A DNA stretch of 64,000 nucleotides, from positions 44,016 through 108,015 of the forward strand of contig JAUHXC010000011.1 of NCBI GenBank assembly GCA_030427205.1, in the 5' to 3' direction. The notes under the pieces are model-generated. The model saw only the letters and a list, made by a program, of their open reading frames with translations. It did not search any database and was not told the origin of the DNA. Within the stretch, counting starts at the first letter, position 1; each line of letters starts with the position of its first letter. This DNA comes from a bacterium. Its GTDB lineage: Bacteria; Myxococcota_A; Bradymonadia; UBA7976; UBA1532. A program made the translations under genes and the position numbers. Shown in pieces: positions 44,001 to 56,300 of the stretch.

Positions 44001-44670
44001 ACCCGGCGGCGACCACCGTGTTGGTGCGGATCGAGTTCGAACTCGACGCGCCGGCCGATCTGCCGGTGCTGCGCATGAAGTACGACGACGGCTACGTGGC
44101 GTACATCGACGGGGTCGAGGTGGCCCGGCGCAACCTGTCCCCGGGGCCGGTGAGCTGGAACGACAGCGCGGCGGTGCACGACGACGGGGCCGCGGTGCGC
44201 TTCGAAGATCTGCCGCTCGACGGGCTGGTGCTCGCGCCGGGCCGGCACGTGCTGGCCATCCGGCTGGTCAACGCGGGCGCCGACTCGAGCGACTTCCTGC
44301 TGCAGCCGGCGCTGGTCGACGGCCTGCCGGCGGTGGGCGACGGGCCGCTGCCGCCAGCGCAACCGGCGGAGGTGGACGTAACGTTCGAAGCGGACGAGGC
44401 GGCCGGCGCCGAGAGCTTCGTGGCGCTGCGCAATAGCGAGGCCTTCGCGGTGGACATCTCGGGCTGGCGGCTCTCGGGGCGCGGCATCGAGCACGTCTTC
44501 CGCGGCGGCACGGTCATCCCGGCGGGCGGGCAGCTGTACGTGGTGGCCGATGTGCCGGCGTTCCGGGCGCGCGCGCAGGGGCCGCGCGGCGGGCAGGGGC
44601 TCTTCCTGCAGGGCAACTGGCGCGGCGAGCTGGTGGAGGGTCCGCTGGACGGGCTCGCGCTGGAGGCGCC

Positions 44671-44674
<4 letters not shown>
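41081..44674 (+). CDS. CotH-family kinase-like protein flanked by two lamin-tail (LTD) domains; lipoprotein
   Basis: GGAGG is 5 nt upstream of ATG 41081. Lipobox 'LLLLCGC'. N-terminal low-complexity region with tandem repeats. LTD 1: 'IISEFMASN...PDWIELHNPGNTPYDLDGHHLTDD...PPQGYLIVFASGD'. CotH core: 'VYHWFVEDLAAAGTEAG...YNFDFNRDHRF...DLLTNYADKSKMRNTLSYGMF...YKCYDTLASVNG...KNYYAYRDHSTDMWWYLPWDID'. LTD 2: 'FVALRNSEAFAVDISGWRLSG...GGQLYVVAD'. Confidence 0.85.
41200..41400 (+). repeat. tandem 18-bp (GAEDxG) and 15-bp (PLDMA) repeats in the 5' end of the CotH gene
   Basis: 'gacgtcggcgcagaggac' units repeat from about 41200 to 41310. 'gacatggcgccgctc' occurs four times from about 41336 to 41395. 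The translations are 'DVGAADAGPADVGAEDIGAEDVGAEDAGTEDVGPED' and 'MTPLDMAPLDMAPLDMSPPD'. Confidence 0.7.
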
Positions 44675-46224
<1,550 letters not shown>

Positions 46225-46243
46225 GCGCGGGTCTCGGCGGACC

Positions 46244-48514
46244 TCACCGCTTCGGCGGCTGGGGCGTGCCCTCGACGACCAGATCGCGGATCCAGGCCGG
46301 TCGCGGCGGGGCGTTGTCCGAGGCCAGCCGCTGCTGCCACTGCTGGTCGGTCAGCCGGTTCGAGACGGGCTCGGTGAAGCTGTAGTAGGTGAAGCTCGGG
46401 CCGACGTGCAGCGCGGTGTCGCCGTCGTTGTCGATGGCGGCGACGACGAAGTGCACGTCGCCGGTGCCCACCTCGAGCGCCCGCCCGGCATCCGGGTCGG
46501 TGTGCACGTCGGCGATGGTCGGCTCCCACTTTGTGGCGTCTTCCACGTCACCGCCGCGGGGGATGTAGATGAGGTCCATGTACCAGCCGTTCCACTGCGG
46601 CGTCGGGTCGTAGCCGCCGACCAGCTTCATCTCGATGGTATTGCGCAAAAAGGCCTCTTCGTCCTTGGAGAACCGCTGGGCCTTCAGCTGCTTGCGGGCC
46701 AGCGTCTCGAGGGTCTGCATGTGCCCGGCGAAGCCGTCGAAGTACTGCGTATGGCGCTGGATCAGCTGCCCGTGCTCGCCGAAGCCGCGCAGCGCGCCGA
46801 GCCGCTGCGAGGCGGCGCGGGCGAAGCGTTCGAGGCGGGCGTAGAACAGCGGGTAGGGCTCGACGTAGCCCGCCGGGTAGAGGCAGCCGACGCTCACCGT
46901 ATAGCTCTGCTTGGCGTAGAGGATGGTGTTGTGCCGCAGCTGCGACCAGCTGGCGAGCTGGGTCTGCAGCATCTTGCGGCCCCAGGCCCCGCGCTTCATG
47001 ACCGCCGGCAGGTGGCCCTCGGGGGTATCGTCGAGGCTGCGCAGCACGTCGAGCCACAGCATGTAGAGGCTGTCGCTCCAGTGGTCGTCGGTGTAGGCCC
47101 CGATGATGTCGCGCAGGGTCGTCATGTTGGCGCCGTACTGCCAGCGGTCGAGCTCGTCCTTCGAGAGCCACAGCGCGAGGTCGTTGCCCAGGGCGGCCAT
47201 CACGTCGAGGCCGGTGGGCATGCGCCGGCGCATCTTCTGCCCCTCGAAGACGATGTCGTCGTAGACCACCTTCGACATCACGAAGCTGTCGATGACGAAG
47301 CGCTGGCCGAAGAGCTGGAACAGCGGCGGCAGCACCGCCTTCTGCGGGCTCTCGGGGTCGGAGACCACCAGCTGGCTGCGGATGCGCTGGGCGCCCATCC
47401 CGCTGGCGGCGAGCTGCTCGGCGAGCGGCGCGAGCGCGGCGTCGGTGGTGAGGTCGGCGGGGGTCAGCTTCATGCGCTGCATGAGCTCGGCGAGCTGGAA
47501 GGGCGTCAGCTCGTCGGAGCGACCGACGAAGAGGTCGATGGCCGACTTGACCTTGCCCAGCGTGGCCAGCGCCCCGCTGGTCCGGGCCGCGTGGCTGATG
47601 AGCGCCGCCGCCCGCAGCTGGCGGGGCCGGGCGGGCTCGAAGCCGGTATCGGCCCGGCCGAGCCACATCATCGCCCGGAAGTAGCGCTGCAGCTCGGGCT
47701 GCCTGGTGTAGTGCCCGCGGGGCTTGAACTGCGACCAGTCGACCGCCCGCGGCGCGCCGTAGATCACCGTGGGGCCCGTGCCGTGCACGCCGGGGTTCTC
47801 CAGCTGCAGCGCGCCGACCTTGCTCAGCAGCTCGAGCACGGTCGCCTCGGCGACCCGCTTCGGCGCGAACCTCAGCCCGGTGGCGCCCGGGTCGGCCTCG
47901 AGCAGGTTGAGGGCCACGGTGAGGTAGAGGTCGACGTCGTCCGCCGCCTCGCCCAGCGCCGGCTCGGTCGCCGCGAGGGCCACCGCGGCGTCGCGGGTCT
48001 GGCTCAAGACCTCGCGGATCATCGGGCTGAAGACCTCGGCCTCGAGCTCGGCGAGCATGCTGTCGAAGCTGCGGTGCATCGCGTCGAGGATGCTGTCGGT
48101 GGTGACGAGCAGCGGCAGGTCGCTGGTGAAGAGCTCCCAGTAGGCGGCGGCCATCGAGTAGCGCCGCGGCGGGTCGACGAGCAGCACCCCGTGCCGGGCG
48201 AGGGTCTTCTGCGCGGCGCGGTCGAGGCTGAGGCCATCGACCACCTCGCGGTAGAACTTCGCCCGCGAGACGTCGAAGGGCAGCCGGCGGGTGGACGGCG
48301 CCTCGACCCCGTGGCGGGCGAAGAGCTGTTGTCGGGTCATGTCGCTGTAGCGGCCGACCCATGACTCGAAGAGCTCGTGCTCGATGGGTTCGGGGCCCGC
48401 GGCGAGGGCCGGCGCGGTGAGCGTGGCCAGGGCGGTGAGCGCGCCGAGGGCGATGGCGCGGGCGGGGGTGAGCAGGCTGCGGATCATCGGTTCCTCCGGC
48501 GGTATCGGACGCAT
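46244..48514 (-). CDS. DUF3160-like secreted protein (756 aa)
   Basis: Signal peptide 'MIRSLLTPARAIALGALTALATLTAPALAAG'; ATG 48487 is an alternative start. Large mixed alpha/beta body with 'RGHYTRQPELQRYFRAMMWLGR', as I recall for DUF3160 proteins. Assigned from memory only. Confidence 0.55.
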   Translation of the reverse strand: MRPIPPEEPMIRSLLTPARAIALGALTALATLTAPALAAGPEPIEHELFESWVGRYSDMTRQQLFARHGVEAPSTRRLPFDVSRAKFYREVVDGLSLDRAAQKTLARHGVLLVDPPRRYSMAAAYWELFTSDLPLLVTTDSILDAMHRSFDSMLAELEAEVFSPMIREVLSQTRDAAVALAATEPALGEAADDVDLYLTVALNLLEADPGATGLRFAPKRVAEATVLELLSKVGALQLENPGVHGTGPTVIYGAPRAVDWSQFKPRGHYTRQPELQRYFRAMMWLGRADTGFEPARPRQLRAAALISHAARTSGALATLGKVKSAIDLFVGRSDELTPFQLAELMQRMKLTPADLTTDAALAPLAEQLAASGMGAQRIRSQLVVSDPESPQKAVLPPLFQLFGQRFVIDSFVMSKVVYDDIVFEGQKMRRRMPTGLDVMAALGNDLALWLSKDELDRWQYGANMTTLRDIIGAYTDDHWSDSLYMLWLDVLRSLDDTPEGHLPAVMKRGAWGRKMLQTQLASWSQLRHNTILYAKQSYTVSVGCLYPAGYVEPYPLFYARLERFARAASQRLGALRGFGEHGQLIQRHTQYFDGFAGHMQTLETLARKQLKAQRFSKDEEAFLRNTIEMKLVGGYDPTPQWNGWYMDLIYIPRGGDVEDATKWEPTIADVHTDPDAGRALEVGTGDVHFVVAAIDNDGDTALHVGPSFTYYSFTEPVSNRLTDQQWQQRLASDNAPPRPAWIRDLVVEGTPQPPKR

Positions 48515-48577
48515 GGTTCGTCCGACCGGCGGTTCCGATCTACGGTTCCCGTTTTTTTGCCCGAGGGCCCGCGGCGT

Positions 48578-49051
48578 TCAGTCCCCGCGGGCGGCCTCGC
48601 CGGCGGCGTCGGCGTCGCCTTCGATCCTGGCGGCCCGGGTGGGCTCGACCCGCTGCACCAGCCGCCACTCCATGCTGTAGTCGCGGCCGCCGCCCGCCGA
48701 GCCGTCCTTGGTCTTGGCCTGGCTGTTGAACCGGACCTGCGCCTTGCCGCCGTCGAGCTCGATGCCCTGCACCAGGTAGCGCACGACGCTGCCGCCCTCG
48801 CTGCGTGACCACTCAGTCTCGAGGGTGGTGCTGCCCTCGCCGGTATCGCGCACCTGATAGCCCGCCTCGAAGAGCAGCGCGCGCGCCTCGGGCCAGATCT
48901 GGTCCAGCGACTTCTCGTAGGTGTAGTTCTGCATCTGCTCGTTGATGTGCGCCTGGCGGGCGCTGGCGGCGCGCAGGGCGCCGCAGCCGAGCATGGTGAG
49001 CGCGCCGAGCGCGAAGAGCAGCAGAGCGGCGGTACGGTATACGGGCTTCAT
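48578..49051 (-). CDS. small lipoprotein of unknown function (157 aa)
   Basis: An internal ATG about 49051 has GGGAGA 5 nt upstream. Signal peptide and lipobox 'MKPVYRTAALLLFALGALTMLGCG'. The ORF's 27 upstream codons lack an RBS. Confidence 0.55.
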   Translation of the reverse strand: MKPVYRTAALLLFALGALTMLGCGALRAASARQAHINEQMQNYTYEKSLDQIWPEARALLFEAGYQVRDTGEGSTTLETEWSRSEGGSVVRYLVQGIELDGGKAQVRFNSQAKTKDGSAGGGRDYSMEWRLVQRVEPTRAARIEGDADAAGEAARGD

Positions 49052-49161
49052 GGGGATCTCCCGGGGTGAATCATGGGTCAGCCGGTCGGCGAGCGACCTA
49101 CCATGCACCCCACGCGCGGACAAGCCACGCATTCACCCGTCGCCCCCGATCGGGCGCGGCC

Positions 49162-50403
49162 TCAGCGCGCCCGCAGCAGCACGTTGGGGCTGCCGGCGTC
49201 GGCCGGGCTGAGGTCGAGGCGGAAGGCGACGCCCTCGTCGACGAGCCGGCCGGCCACCTCACCGGCGGACAACCCCGGCTCGGCGCCGAGCAGCAGCGCC
49301 GCGGCGCCGGCCACGTGAGGCGAGGCCATCGAGGTGCCGCTGAGCGTGGTGACCCCGTCGACGTCGCTGTGATCGGCCGAGACGATGGCGGTGCCGGGCG
49401 CGAAGATGTCGACGCAGACCCCGTGATTGCTGAACGAGGACTCGCGGTCGGCGATGTCGCTCGAGCCCACCGTCAGCGCGGCGGGCGCGCGGGCGGGCGA
49501 GGTGCCGCAGGCGTCGGCGTCGTCGTTGCCCGCGGCGACGACCGGCAGGATGTCGCGGTCGAAGAGGGCCTGGATCGCCGCGTCTTCGGCGTCGCTCGCC
49601 CCGCCGCCGAGGCTCATGTTCACCACGGCCGGATATTGTGCGTTCTCCGCGACCCACTCCATGCCGGCGATGACCCCCGAGGCCGAGCCCGAGCCGCCGC
49701 AGTTGAGCACCCGGATGGCGTGCAGGGTCGCGTTGCGGGCGACGCCGTACTCGGTGCCGGCGGCGGTGCCCGCCACATGGGTGCCGTGGCCGTTGCAGTC
49801 CTGCCAGGCCTCCGGATCGACCTCGCCGTAGCCCAGGATGCCGAAGACATCGAGCGGCAGCATGCCGCCGAGCCCCAGCGGGCCGTCGATCACGAAGTTC
49901 TGCCCGCCGGCGACCCGTCCGCCGAAGTCGACGTGGTCCGGGTTGATGCCGGTGTCGATGATGTAGACGTTGACCCCTTCACCGCCGTGATCGGGCGCGG
50001 TGTAGAACCCGTCGAGCGGCAGGTCATCCTGGTCGATCCGATCGAGGCCCCAGCTGGCCGCCTTCTGCGTGGCGCCGGTGGATACCGGTCGATCGCGCTC
50101 GACGGCGCGCACCCCGGGAAGCCGGGCCAGCGCGGCGGCCTCTGCGGCGGTCAGCGGGGCGGCGAAGCCGGTCAGCACCGTGTCGTACTCGAAGACCGCC
50201 GCCGGCGCACCGACGGCGCCGAGCAGACCGGCGGTGGCCGCCGAGATGCCGCCGCCGGCGAGCAGCGCGGGCTCGACCTGCACGATGTGCATCGCGCGCT
50301 CGGGGGCGTCGAACAGCCCGGCGACGGCCGGCGCGGCGAGGCCGGCGACGACGGAGGTGGTGGTGATCAGGCGCAGGGCGAGACGGATCGGGGTCCGAAG
50401 CAT
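49162..50403 (-). CDS. subtilisin-family S8 serine peptidase with I9 propeptide
   Basis: Catalytic triad motifs 'VYIIDTGI' (Asp), '[11 protein letters not shown]' (His), '[16 protein letters not shown]' (Ser). Propeptide '[34 protein letters not shown]'. Start at '[29 protein letters not shown]' (ATG 50403). Confidence 0.9.
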   Translation of the reverse strand: MLRTPIRLALRLITTTSVVAGLAAPAVAGLFDAPERAMHIVQVEPALLAGGGISAATAGLLGAVGAPAAVFEYDTVLTGFAAPLTAAEAAALARLPGVRAVERDRPVSTGATQKAASWGLDRIDQDDLPLDGFYTAPDHGGEGVNVYIIDTGINPDHVDFGGRVAGGQNFVIDGPLGLGGMLPLDVFGILGYGEVDPEAWQDCNGHGTHVAGTAAGTEYGVARNATLHAIRVLNCGGSGSASGVIAGMEWVAENAQYPAVVNMSLGGGASDAEDAAIQALFDRDILPVVAAGNDDADACGTSPARAPAALTVGSSDIADRESSFSNHGVCVDIFAPGTAIVSADHSDVDGVTTLSGTSMASPHVAGAAALLLGAEPGLSAGEVAGRLVDEGVAFRLDLSPADAGSPNVLLRAR

Positions 50404-50795
50404 ACGAAGAGCGTCCTCGCGGCGTTGGCCGCAGCTCGGCGCCACGCGGGCGCCGTCGATGGGAGATGTGGGCGATGGTGGCGGGCCCCTGCCGGGCCAG
50501 CCGTGTATCCGGCGCATGTGCCGGGCCCCCGATGAGATTGCGAGCGGCGTGCCAGAGGCCCACATAAGCCGACAAGCTCTCATTCACCCGCATACATGCC
50601 TCGAATACCTCCAGCAGAGATTCTGTTGTTTTTGGATTTCTGCACTCCCCTCGCGGCCGGCTACGCAAAAAGCCCTGCCCAAACGGCGTCCTGCGACGCT
50701 GGCGCGGGTCGATCCCCACGGCCCCGTGGGGTCCATCCCACGGCCCCCGCCGGCGCGGTTGCTTCGGGCCCCGGGCTGGCATATCGTCGGCCGTC

Positions 50796-53300
50796 ATGCC
50801 CGGCTCCTCCCTCGACCTCGGCGCGCTGCCCTCACTCGATGACGTGGAGTTCGTCGAGAAGTTGGGCGAAGGCCTGGGTGCGGGGCGCTTCAAGGCCCGG
50901 CTGGGCGGCGGCGAGACCGTGGCGCTGCTGCTCGAAGACACCTCGCTCATCGATCACGATCGCTTCGCCGCCTGGGGCCGCACCCTGGCCGCGCTCGACC
51001 ATCAGGGCGTGCCGCGGGTGCTGCGGGTCGAAGACGCCCTGCAGCCGGCGTTCGTGGCGTTCACCTACATCGACGGGCCCAACCTCGAGGCGCGGCTGGC
51101 GCTGCGCGGCGAGGGGCTGCCCGAGCTCGACGCGCTGTCGGTGGTGCTGCAGGCCGCCGCGGCGGTCCGCGCGGCCCATCGGGTCGGCGTGGCCCACGGC
51201 GAGATCGACCCCCGCTCGATCGTGCTCGTCGATCGCCCCGGCGGGCTGGACGGCGTCGCGGTGGTCGGCTGGACGCCGCCGCGGGTGGCCCATACGTTCG
51301 AGGAGCTGGCCCGGGCCGACCTCAAGGCCCTCGGCAGCCTGCTCTACGTGGCGCTGACCGGCGTCGCGCCGCCGTCGAGCCAGCGGCTGGAGGTCGACGG
51401 CCTCGAGGGCGGCGGCGGCGCGTTCGACGACATCTTGATGGACTGGGTCGACGTCGAGCGCGACCTCGGCGGGCTGGGGCGGCCGGCGCTGGATGCCCTG
51501 GCCGACAGCGGGCGCTACGCCGACGTGCCCGCGTTCATCGACGCGCTGCTGCCCCATTTCAGAAGCAAGGTCGAGGCCGACCTCGAGCACGCCGCCCGCG
51601 ATCTGGACGCCGATCGGGCCTTCATGTCGGAGGTCGAGCGGCAGCGGGCGCGGCTGCGTGAGCTGGAGGCCCGGCAACGGGCGGTGCGCGAGTGGCTGCA
51701 CGACCACGCGCGGCGCATCGAGCGCTGCGACGCCGAGCTGGACCAGCTGCGGCAGCGGGTGACGGCGCTGCAGAGCCTCGAGACCGAGATGGGCCTGCTC
51801 GCCGGTCAGGCGGCGCGGCCGGCGGCGCGGCTGCCCGACCGCTTCCTCGACTTCGATCCGCGGCGCGGCTGGTCGGCGCCGCCGGCCGGGCTCGACGCCG
51901 ACCCGGCGCCGGTCTTCGAACCGGGCTACGATCGCCGAGGGCTCGACCGGGTCAGTCGCATCGAGCGGGTGGAGCGGCCGTCGGAGCGCATGCCGGCGCT
52001 CGATCGCGACAGCGGCAGCCGCCCGGCCATCGACCCGGAGCCCATCGCGCCGGCGGATACCGCGTCGGCCCCGACGCTCGACGAGCGGGAGCGGGAGGCA
52101 CAGGCGGAGCCGGCGCTCGACGAGCCGCCGATCCGGGCGCCGCTGGACGACGACGCGCCGAGCGGCAGCAGCTCGTTGGTGGGCCCCCTCGCGGTGGCGG
52201 TGATCCTGGGCGTCCTGGGGGCCGCGTGGCTGCTGGCGGGCACCGACGGCCAGACCCCGACCCCCGCCGAGGCGCCGACCGTACAGACGGGCAACGTCGC
52301 GCCCGTGCCCGATACGCCGGTCATCGAGAAGCCCGTCGAGAAGCCCGCAGCCGCCGTCCCCGCGCGGTCGGCGGTCGAGAAGAGCGCGGCGCCGGTCACC
52401 CCGACGCCGCCCGCCGAGGCCAACCCCGCGCCCGCCGGGAGCGAGCCCGCGCCGAACGCAGGGGCCGACGACGGCTGGGATCCGGTCGAGACCTTCGAAC
52501 CGGTGGACGTGCGCGACGGCGCCGAGCCGGGGCCAGCACCCGATGGCATGCTCGCGATCCCCGCCGGCCTGGTGCACCCCGGGCTGTCGGACGCCGCCCG
52601 GTCGACGGCGCGGGCGCAGTGCCTGATCGACCTCGAGGACTATCCCCGCGCGTGGTGCGCCGAGCGGCTGGCCGACGCGGTCGAACCCGCCGGCCCGCCC
52701 CGTCCGGTGGGGCCGCTCTTCGCCGATCGGCTCGAGGTCTCGCAGGCCGAGTATCGCCGCTGCGTCGACGCCGGCGCCTGCGAGGCGCTCAAGCTGCATT
52801 GGGATCTGCCCGAGCAGCCGGCCACGGGGGCCACCCGCGACATGGCCGCCGCCTTCTGCACCTGGCGCGGCGCCCGGCTGCCCACCGCCGACGAGTGGCT
52901 CTACGTGGCCCGCGGCGGCGATGGCCGGCTGTATCCGTGGGGCGACGCGCCCCCGGGGGGCGGGCGCGAGGCGCGGGCCAACTACGGGCGTTTCACGCAC
53001 AAGGGCGGCCTGCCCGATCGGGCCGATCGCAACAAGTACGCCGCGCCGGTCGACGGGATCGAGGGCGGCGAGAGCCCGTTCGGGGCCCGCAACATGGCGG
53101 GCAACGTGCGGGAGTGGACCACCACCGAGGTCGACGGCGAGGGGGTGACCATGGGCGGCGGGTGGCGCGAAGCCCCCTTCGAACTCAGGGTCACCCGCCG
53201 CGAACCGACCGCCCTCGACACCGCGCGCAACGACCTCGGCTTCCGTTGCGTCGCCGATCCGGCCGGGCCGGAGGGCTCCACGGGCGCCGAGCGAAAGTAG
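50796..53300 (+). CDS. Ser/Thr protein kinase-like domain (probable pseudokinase), TM, FGE-sulfatase (SUMF1-like) domain fusion
   Basis: Gly-loop 'LGEGLGAGRFKARL'. The VAIK-like motif is degraded. Catalytic loop reads 'VAHGEIDPRSIVL' where 'HRDLKPxN' is expected. A Pro/Ala-rich linker with one TM ('LVGPLAVAVILGVLGAAWLLAG') follows. C-terminal FGE domain: 'AAAFCTWRGARLPTADEWLYVARGGDGRLYPWGD...GARNMAGNVREWT...GGGW'. Confidence 0.8.
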   Translation: MPGSSLDLGALPSLDDVEFVEKLGEGLGAGRFKARLGGGETVALLLEDTSLIDHDRFAAWGRTLAALDHQGVPRVLRVEDALQPAFVAFTYIDGPNLEARLALRGEGLPELDALSVVLQAAAAVRAAHRVGVAHGEIDPRSIVLVDRPGGLDGVAVVGWTPPRVAHTFEELARADLKALGSLLYVALTGVAPPSSQRLEVDGLEGGGGAFDDILMDWVDVERDLGGLGRPALDALADSGRYADVPAFIDALLPHFRSKVEADLEHAARDLDADRAFMSEVERQRARLRELEARQRAVREWLHDHARRIERCDAELDQLRQRVTALQSLETEMGLLAGQAARPAARLPDRFLDFDPRRGWSAPPAGLDADPAPVFEPGYDRRGLDRVSRIERVERPSERMPALDRDSGSRPAIDPEPIAPADTASAPTLDEREREAQAEPALDEPPIRAPLDDDAPSGSSSLVGPLAVAVILGVLGAAWLLAGTDGQTPTPAEAPTVQTGNVAPVPDTPVIEKPVEKPAAAVPARSAVEKSAAPVTPTPPAEANPAPAGSEPAPNAGADDGWDPVETFEPVDVRDGAEPGPAPDGMLAIPAGLVHPGLSDAARSTARAQCLIDLEDYPRAWCAERLADAVEPAGPPRPVGPLFADRLEVSQAEYRRCVDAGACEALKLHWDLPEQPATGATRDMAAAFCTWRGARLPTADEWLYVARGGDGRLYPWGDAPPGGGREARANYGRFTHKGGLPDRADRNKYAAPVDGIEGGESPFGARNMAGNVREWTTTEVDGEGVTMGGGWREAPFELRVTRREPTALDTARNDLGFRCVADPAGPEGSTGAERK

Positions 53301-53306
53301 AGATCG

Positions 53307-56300
53307 ATGCAGCAGGACAGCCAGATCGACCGCCTGCGCCGGGCGTGGCAGGCGGCCCGTGGGGGCGCGGGCGGCGTGGTGCACCTCGAAGCGCCGGTGG
53401 GCCGGGGCAAGTCGACGATCCTCGGGCACTTCCTCGACGAGGTGGGCGGGCCGAGCGAGCGGGTGGCGGTGGTCTCGGCCCGCTGCGGCGAGCGCGATCG
53501 CCTGCGCCCGGGCGGGCGCGGCGTCGTCGAAGACCTCGTGCTGCGCGTCGCCGAGGGGGTCCGGGCCATCGAGGGGGCGCCGGAGGACGACGACGAGCCG
53601 CAAGAGGAGGTGCCCTGGCTGCTGCCGGGGGCCGACTTCGTCACCGCGGCCACCGAGATCGCGTCGCTGCCGCGGGCCGAAGACGGACCGGCGCCGCCGT
53701 CCCGGGCGGCGATCCACGCCGGGCTGTTGATCGACGTCTCGCGGCTGCGGCCGGTGATGCTGGTGCTCGACGACGTGCACCGCGCCGACGACGAGTCCCG
53801 GGCGCTGGTCGAAGCGCTGACTGACGCCCTGGTGGCCGCGCCCGACGCCCGGCTGCTGCTGGTGATGGCCTCGTCCACGCCGCTGGCCGGCTCGCCGCGC
53901 GGTCCGTGGCGCCCGGCGCCGCAGGCCGTCGTCGAGGTCGAGCGGTTGACGGCCGATGTGCTCGCCGATCTCGTGCGCGGGCGCCTCGCCCGCTACGGCG
54001 AGGTCGACCCGGCCTATCTCGAGCAGGTGCTGGCCGCGGGCGGCGGCAACCCCCTGGTGGTCGACGCGCTGGTGCAGCTCTCCGAGCGAGCCGGCGCGTT
54101 CGCCAAGGGGCGGGCCGCCGACCCCGCGCTGGCCAAACGCCCGGGCTTCGAGGGCCTGCGCAATCTGGCGGCCGGTGAGCTGCCGCCGCTGGCGGCCAAC
54201 GTGCGCGCCGACATGCAGGCCGCAGCCGTCGTCGGCCCGCGGTTCGACACCGCCCTGCTCGCCCGGCTGTGGTCGGTGCCCGAAGACGCCGCCGGGCTGC
54301 GCATCGACGCGCTGTGCCATACCGGGCTGGTGGCCGCCGAAGGCGACCGCTTCAGCTTCGTCTCCGCCGAGCTGGCGGCGCACTTCGCCGATACGCTGCC
54401 GCCGGAGCAGCGGGCGACGATGCACGTGCGGGTCGCGACGCTGCTGCGGGCGATGGCCCGCTCGATGGCCGGCGGACCGGCGGACGGACCGCGGCCCTAC
54501 CTCGACGTCACCGAGACGTGGTCCGAGACCCGCCGCCGAGACCGGCGGGTGCGCGAAGAGTTGGAGTTCCTCGCCGCGGCGGCGGCCCACTTCGGCGCCG
54601 CCGGGCGACACATCGCCGCCGCCGAGGCCGGGGTGACCCTCGTCGAGCGGCTCTTCGAGACCAGCGGCGGCCACCCCTATCTGGCCGGCCGCTTCGGCCG
54701 CCGCGCCGACCGCGAACGGCGCCATCGGATCTACGCCGCGCTGACCGAGGCCTCCGCCCGCCTCGAGCGGGTGCGGCCCGAGCCGGACGGGGCCACCCCC
54801 GATCTGGAGCGGCTGTCGATCCACGTGCGGCTGTCGACGGTGCGGGCCCGCTTCAAGGAGGTGCTCGGCGACTTCGCCGAGGCCCGGCACCACGCCGACG
54901 CCGCGGTCGAGCTGGCCCGGCACCTGCCCGACCCGCGGGTGCGGCTCGAGGCGATGCGGGTGCGGCTCGAGGTGTGCTACGCCGCCGGCGACGCCAACGC
55001 CGCCCGCGAGGTGATGGTGCAGCTGATGGGCGCGCTGTCCCGCGCGCCCAAGGCCGGCGCGGTGCGCATCTACACCTGGCTGGTCGAGGCCCTCGGCCGC
55101 TGGGAGTGGAGCGGGCTGCACGGGCGGCTCTTCCCCTACATCATCGAGCGCCTGCGCGCGCTGGGCGCCCACCGCGAGGCCCTGCGCGCGCGGCTGGAGT
55201 GGATGTCGGCCAACGTCGAAGGCGACGACCCCGAAGGCCCCGAGCGGCTGGCCGAAGAGCTGGTGGCCGAGGCGACGGCGGTCGGCGAGACCCCCTATGT
55301 CGCCGAGCAGCTCGCCCGCTACGCCGCCGAGCTGATCCAGAGCCGGGTCGACGCGCACTTCGACCTGCTCAGCGGCGAGTTCTACCCGCCCGACCTCTTC
55401 GGCGAGGGCCTCGGCCCGGCGGCGCTGACCCTCGGCGAGCGGCTGCAGCGGCCCATCGCGCTGATGCAGGGCGCCGCCGATCTGGTCGGCGAGACCGACA
55501 GCCGCATCAGCCTGCTGCGGGTGATGACGACGACCCTCGGCGTGGTCTACGAGACCCGCGAGCGCTTCGCGCAGCTGCTCGACCGCTGGATGCCGCTGCA
55601 CGGCGAAGACCGCCCGGTGCGCCTGCTGGAGCTGGTCGATGCCCTCGAGCGCGGCTTCTTCTCGGTCGAGCGGGTCGAGGGCCTGACCCGGCGCACCGTC
55701 GAGCTGGCCACCGACCTCGAGCTGCAGCAGGTGGTGGCCGATACGCTCTACGAGGCGCTCGACCGCGACCTGCCGATGGCCCTGCGCCAGAGCGACCGGC
55801 TCTTCCCGCAGGCGCGGGCGGCCTACTCGACGGTGGGCGACGTCTACGGCCTCATCACCCTGGCCCTGGTGCGGGTGCGCCACCTCGAGCGCCGCGGGCT
55901 CGACCCCAGCGAGGCCCTCGACGAAGGGCTGAGCGCCTTCGAGGCCCACGAGGAGCAGCTCAACCCGGAGCAGCGGGCCTTCGTGCACCTGCGCTATGGC
56001 GAGCTCTTCCTCGACCGCACCGGCGAGAGCGACACCGCCATCGGCCACCTCGAGCGGGCCATCCGGCTCTACGACCGGGTCGGCGACGTCGAGCACGTGC
56101 AGGCGGTGGGCGAGATCCTGCGCGAGCTGTACCGCAAGCAGGGCGACTTCGGCCGCTATCGGGCGCTGCGCGAGCGCTTCCGCCCGCTGGAGTTCCGCTC
56201 GCCGGGCGTCGACCCGCTGGGCCTCGAGCTGCGCATCGAGCACCTGCTCAACCTCGCCCGGCAGGAGTCGGACGACGAGCGGGCGATCCACATGGTCGAG

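Noticed and set aside
46406-48364. 652-aa plus-strand ORF and 604-aa minus-strand alternate frame over the DUF3160-like gene
   Set aside because: Low-complexity Gly/Arg/Val/Glu- or Arg/Pro-rich translations. The chosen frame has a signal peptide and balanced composition.
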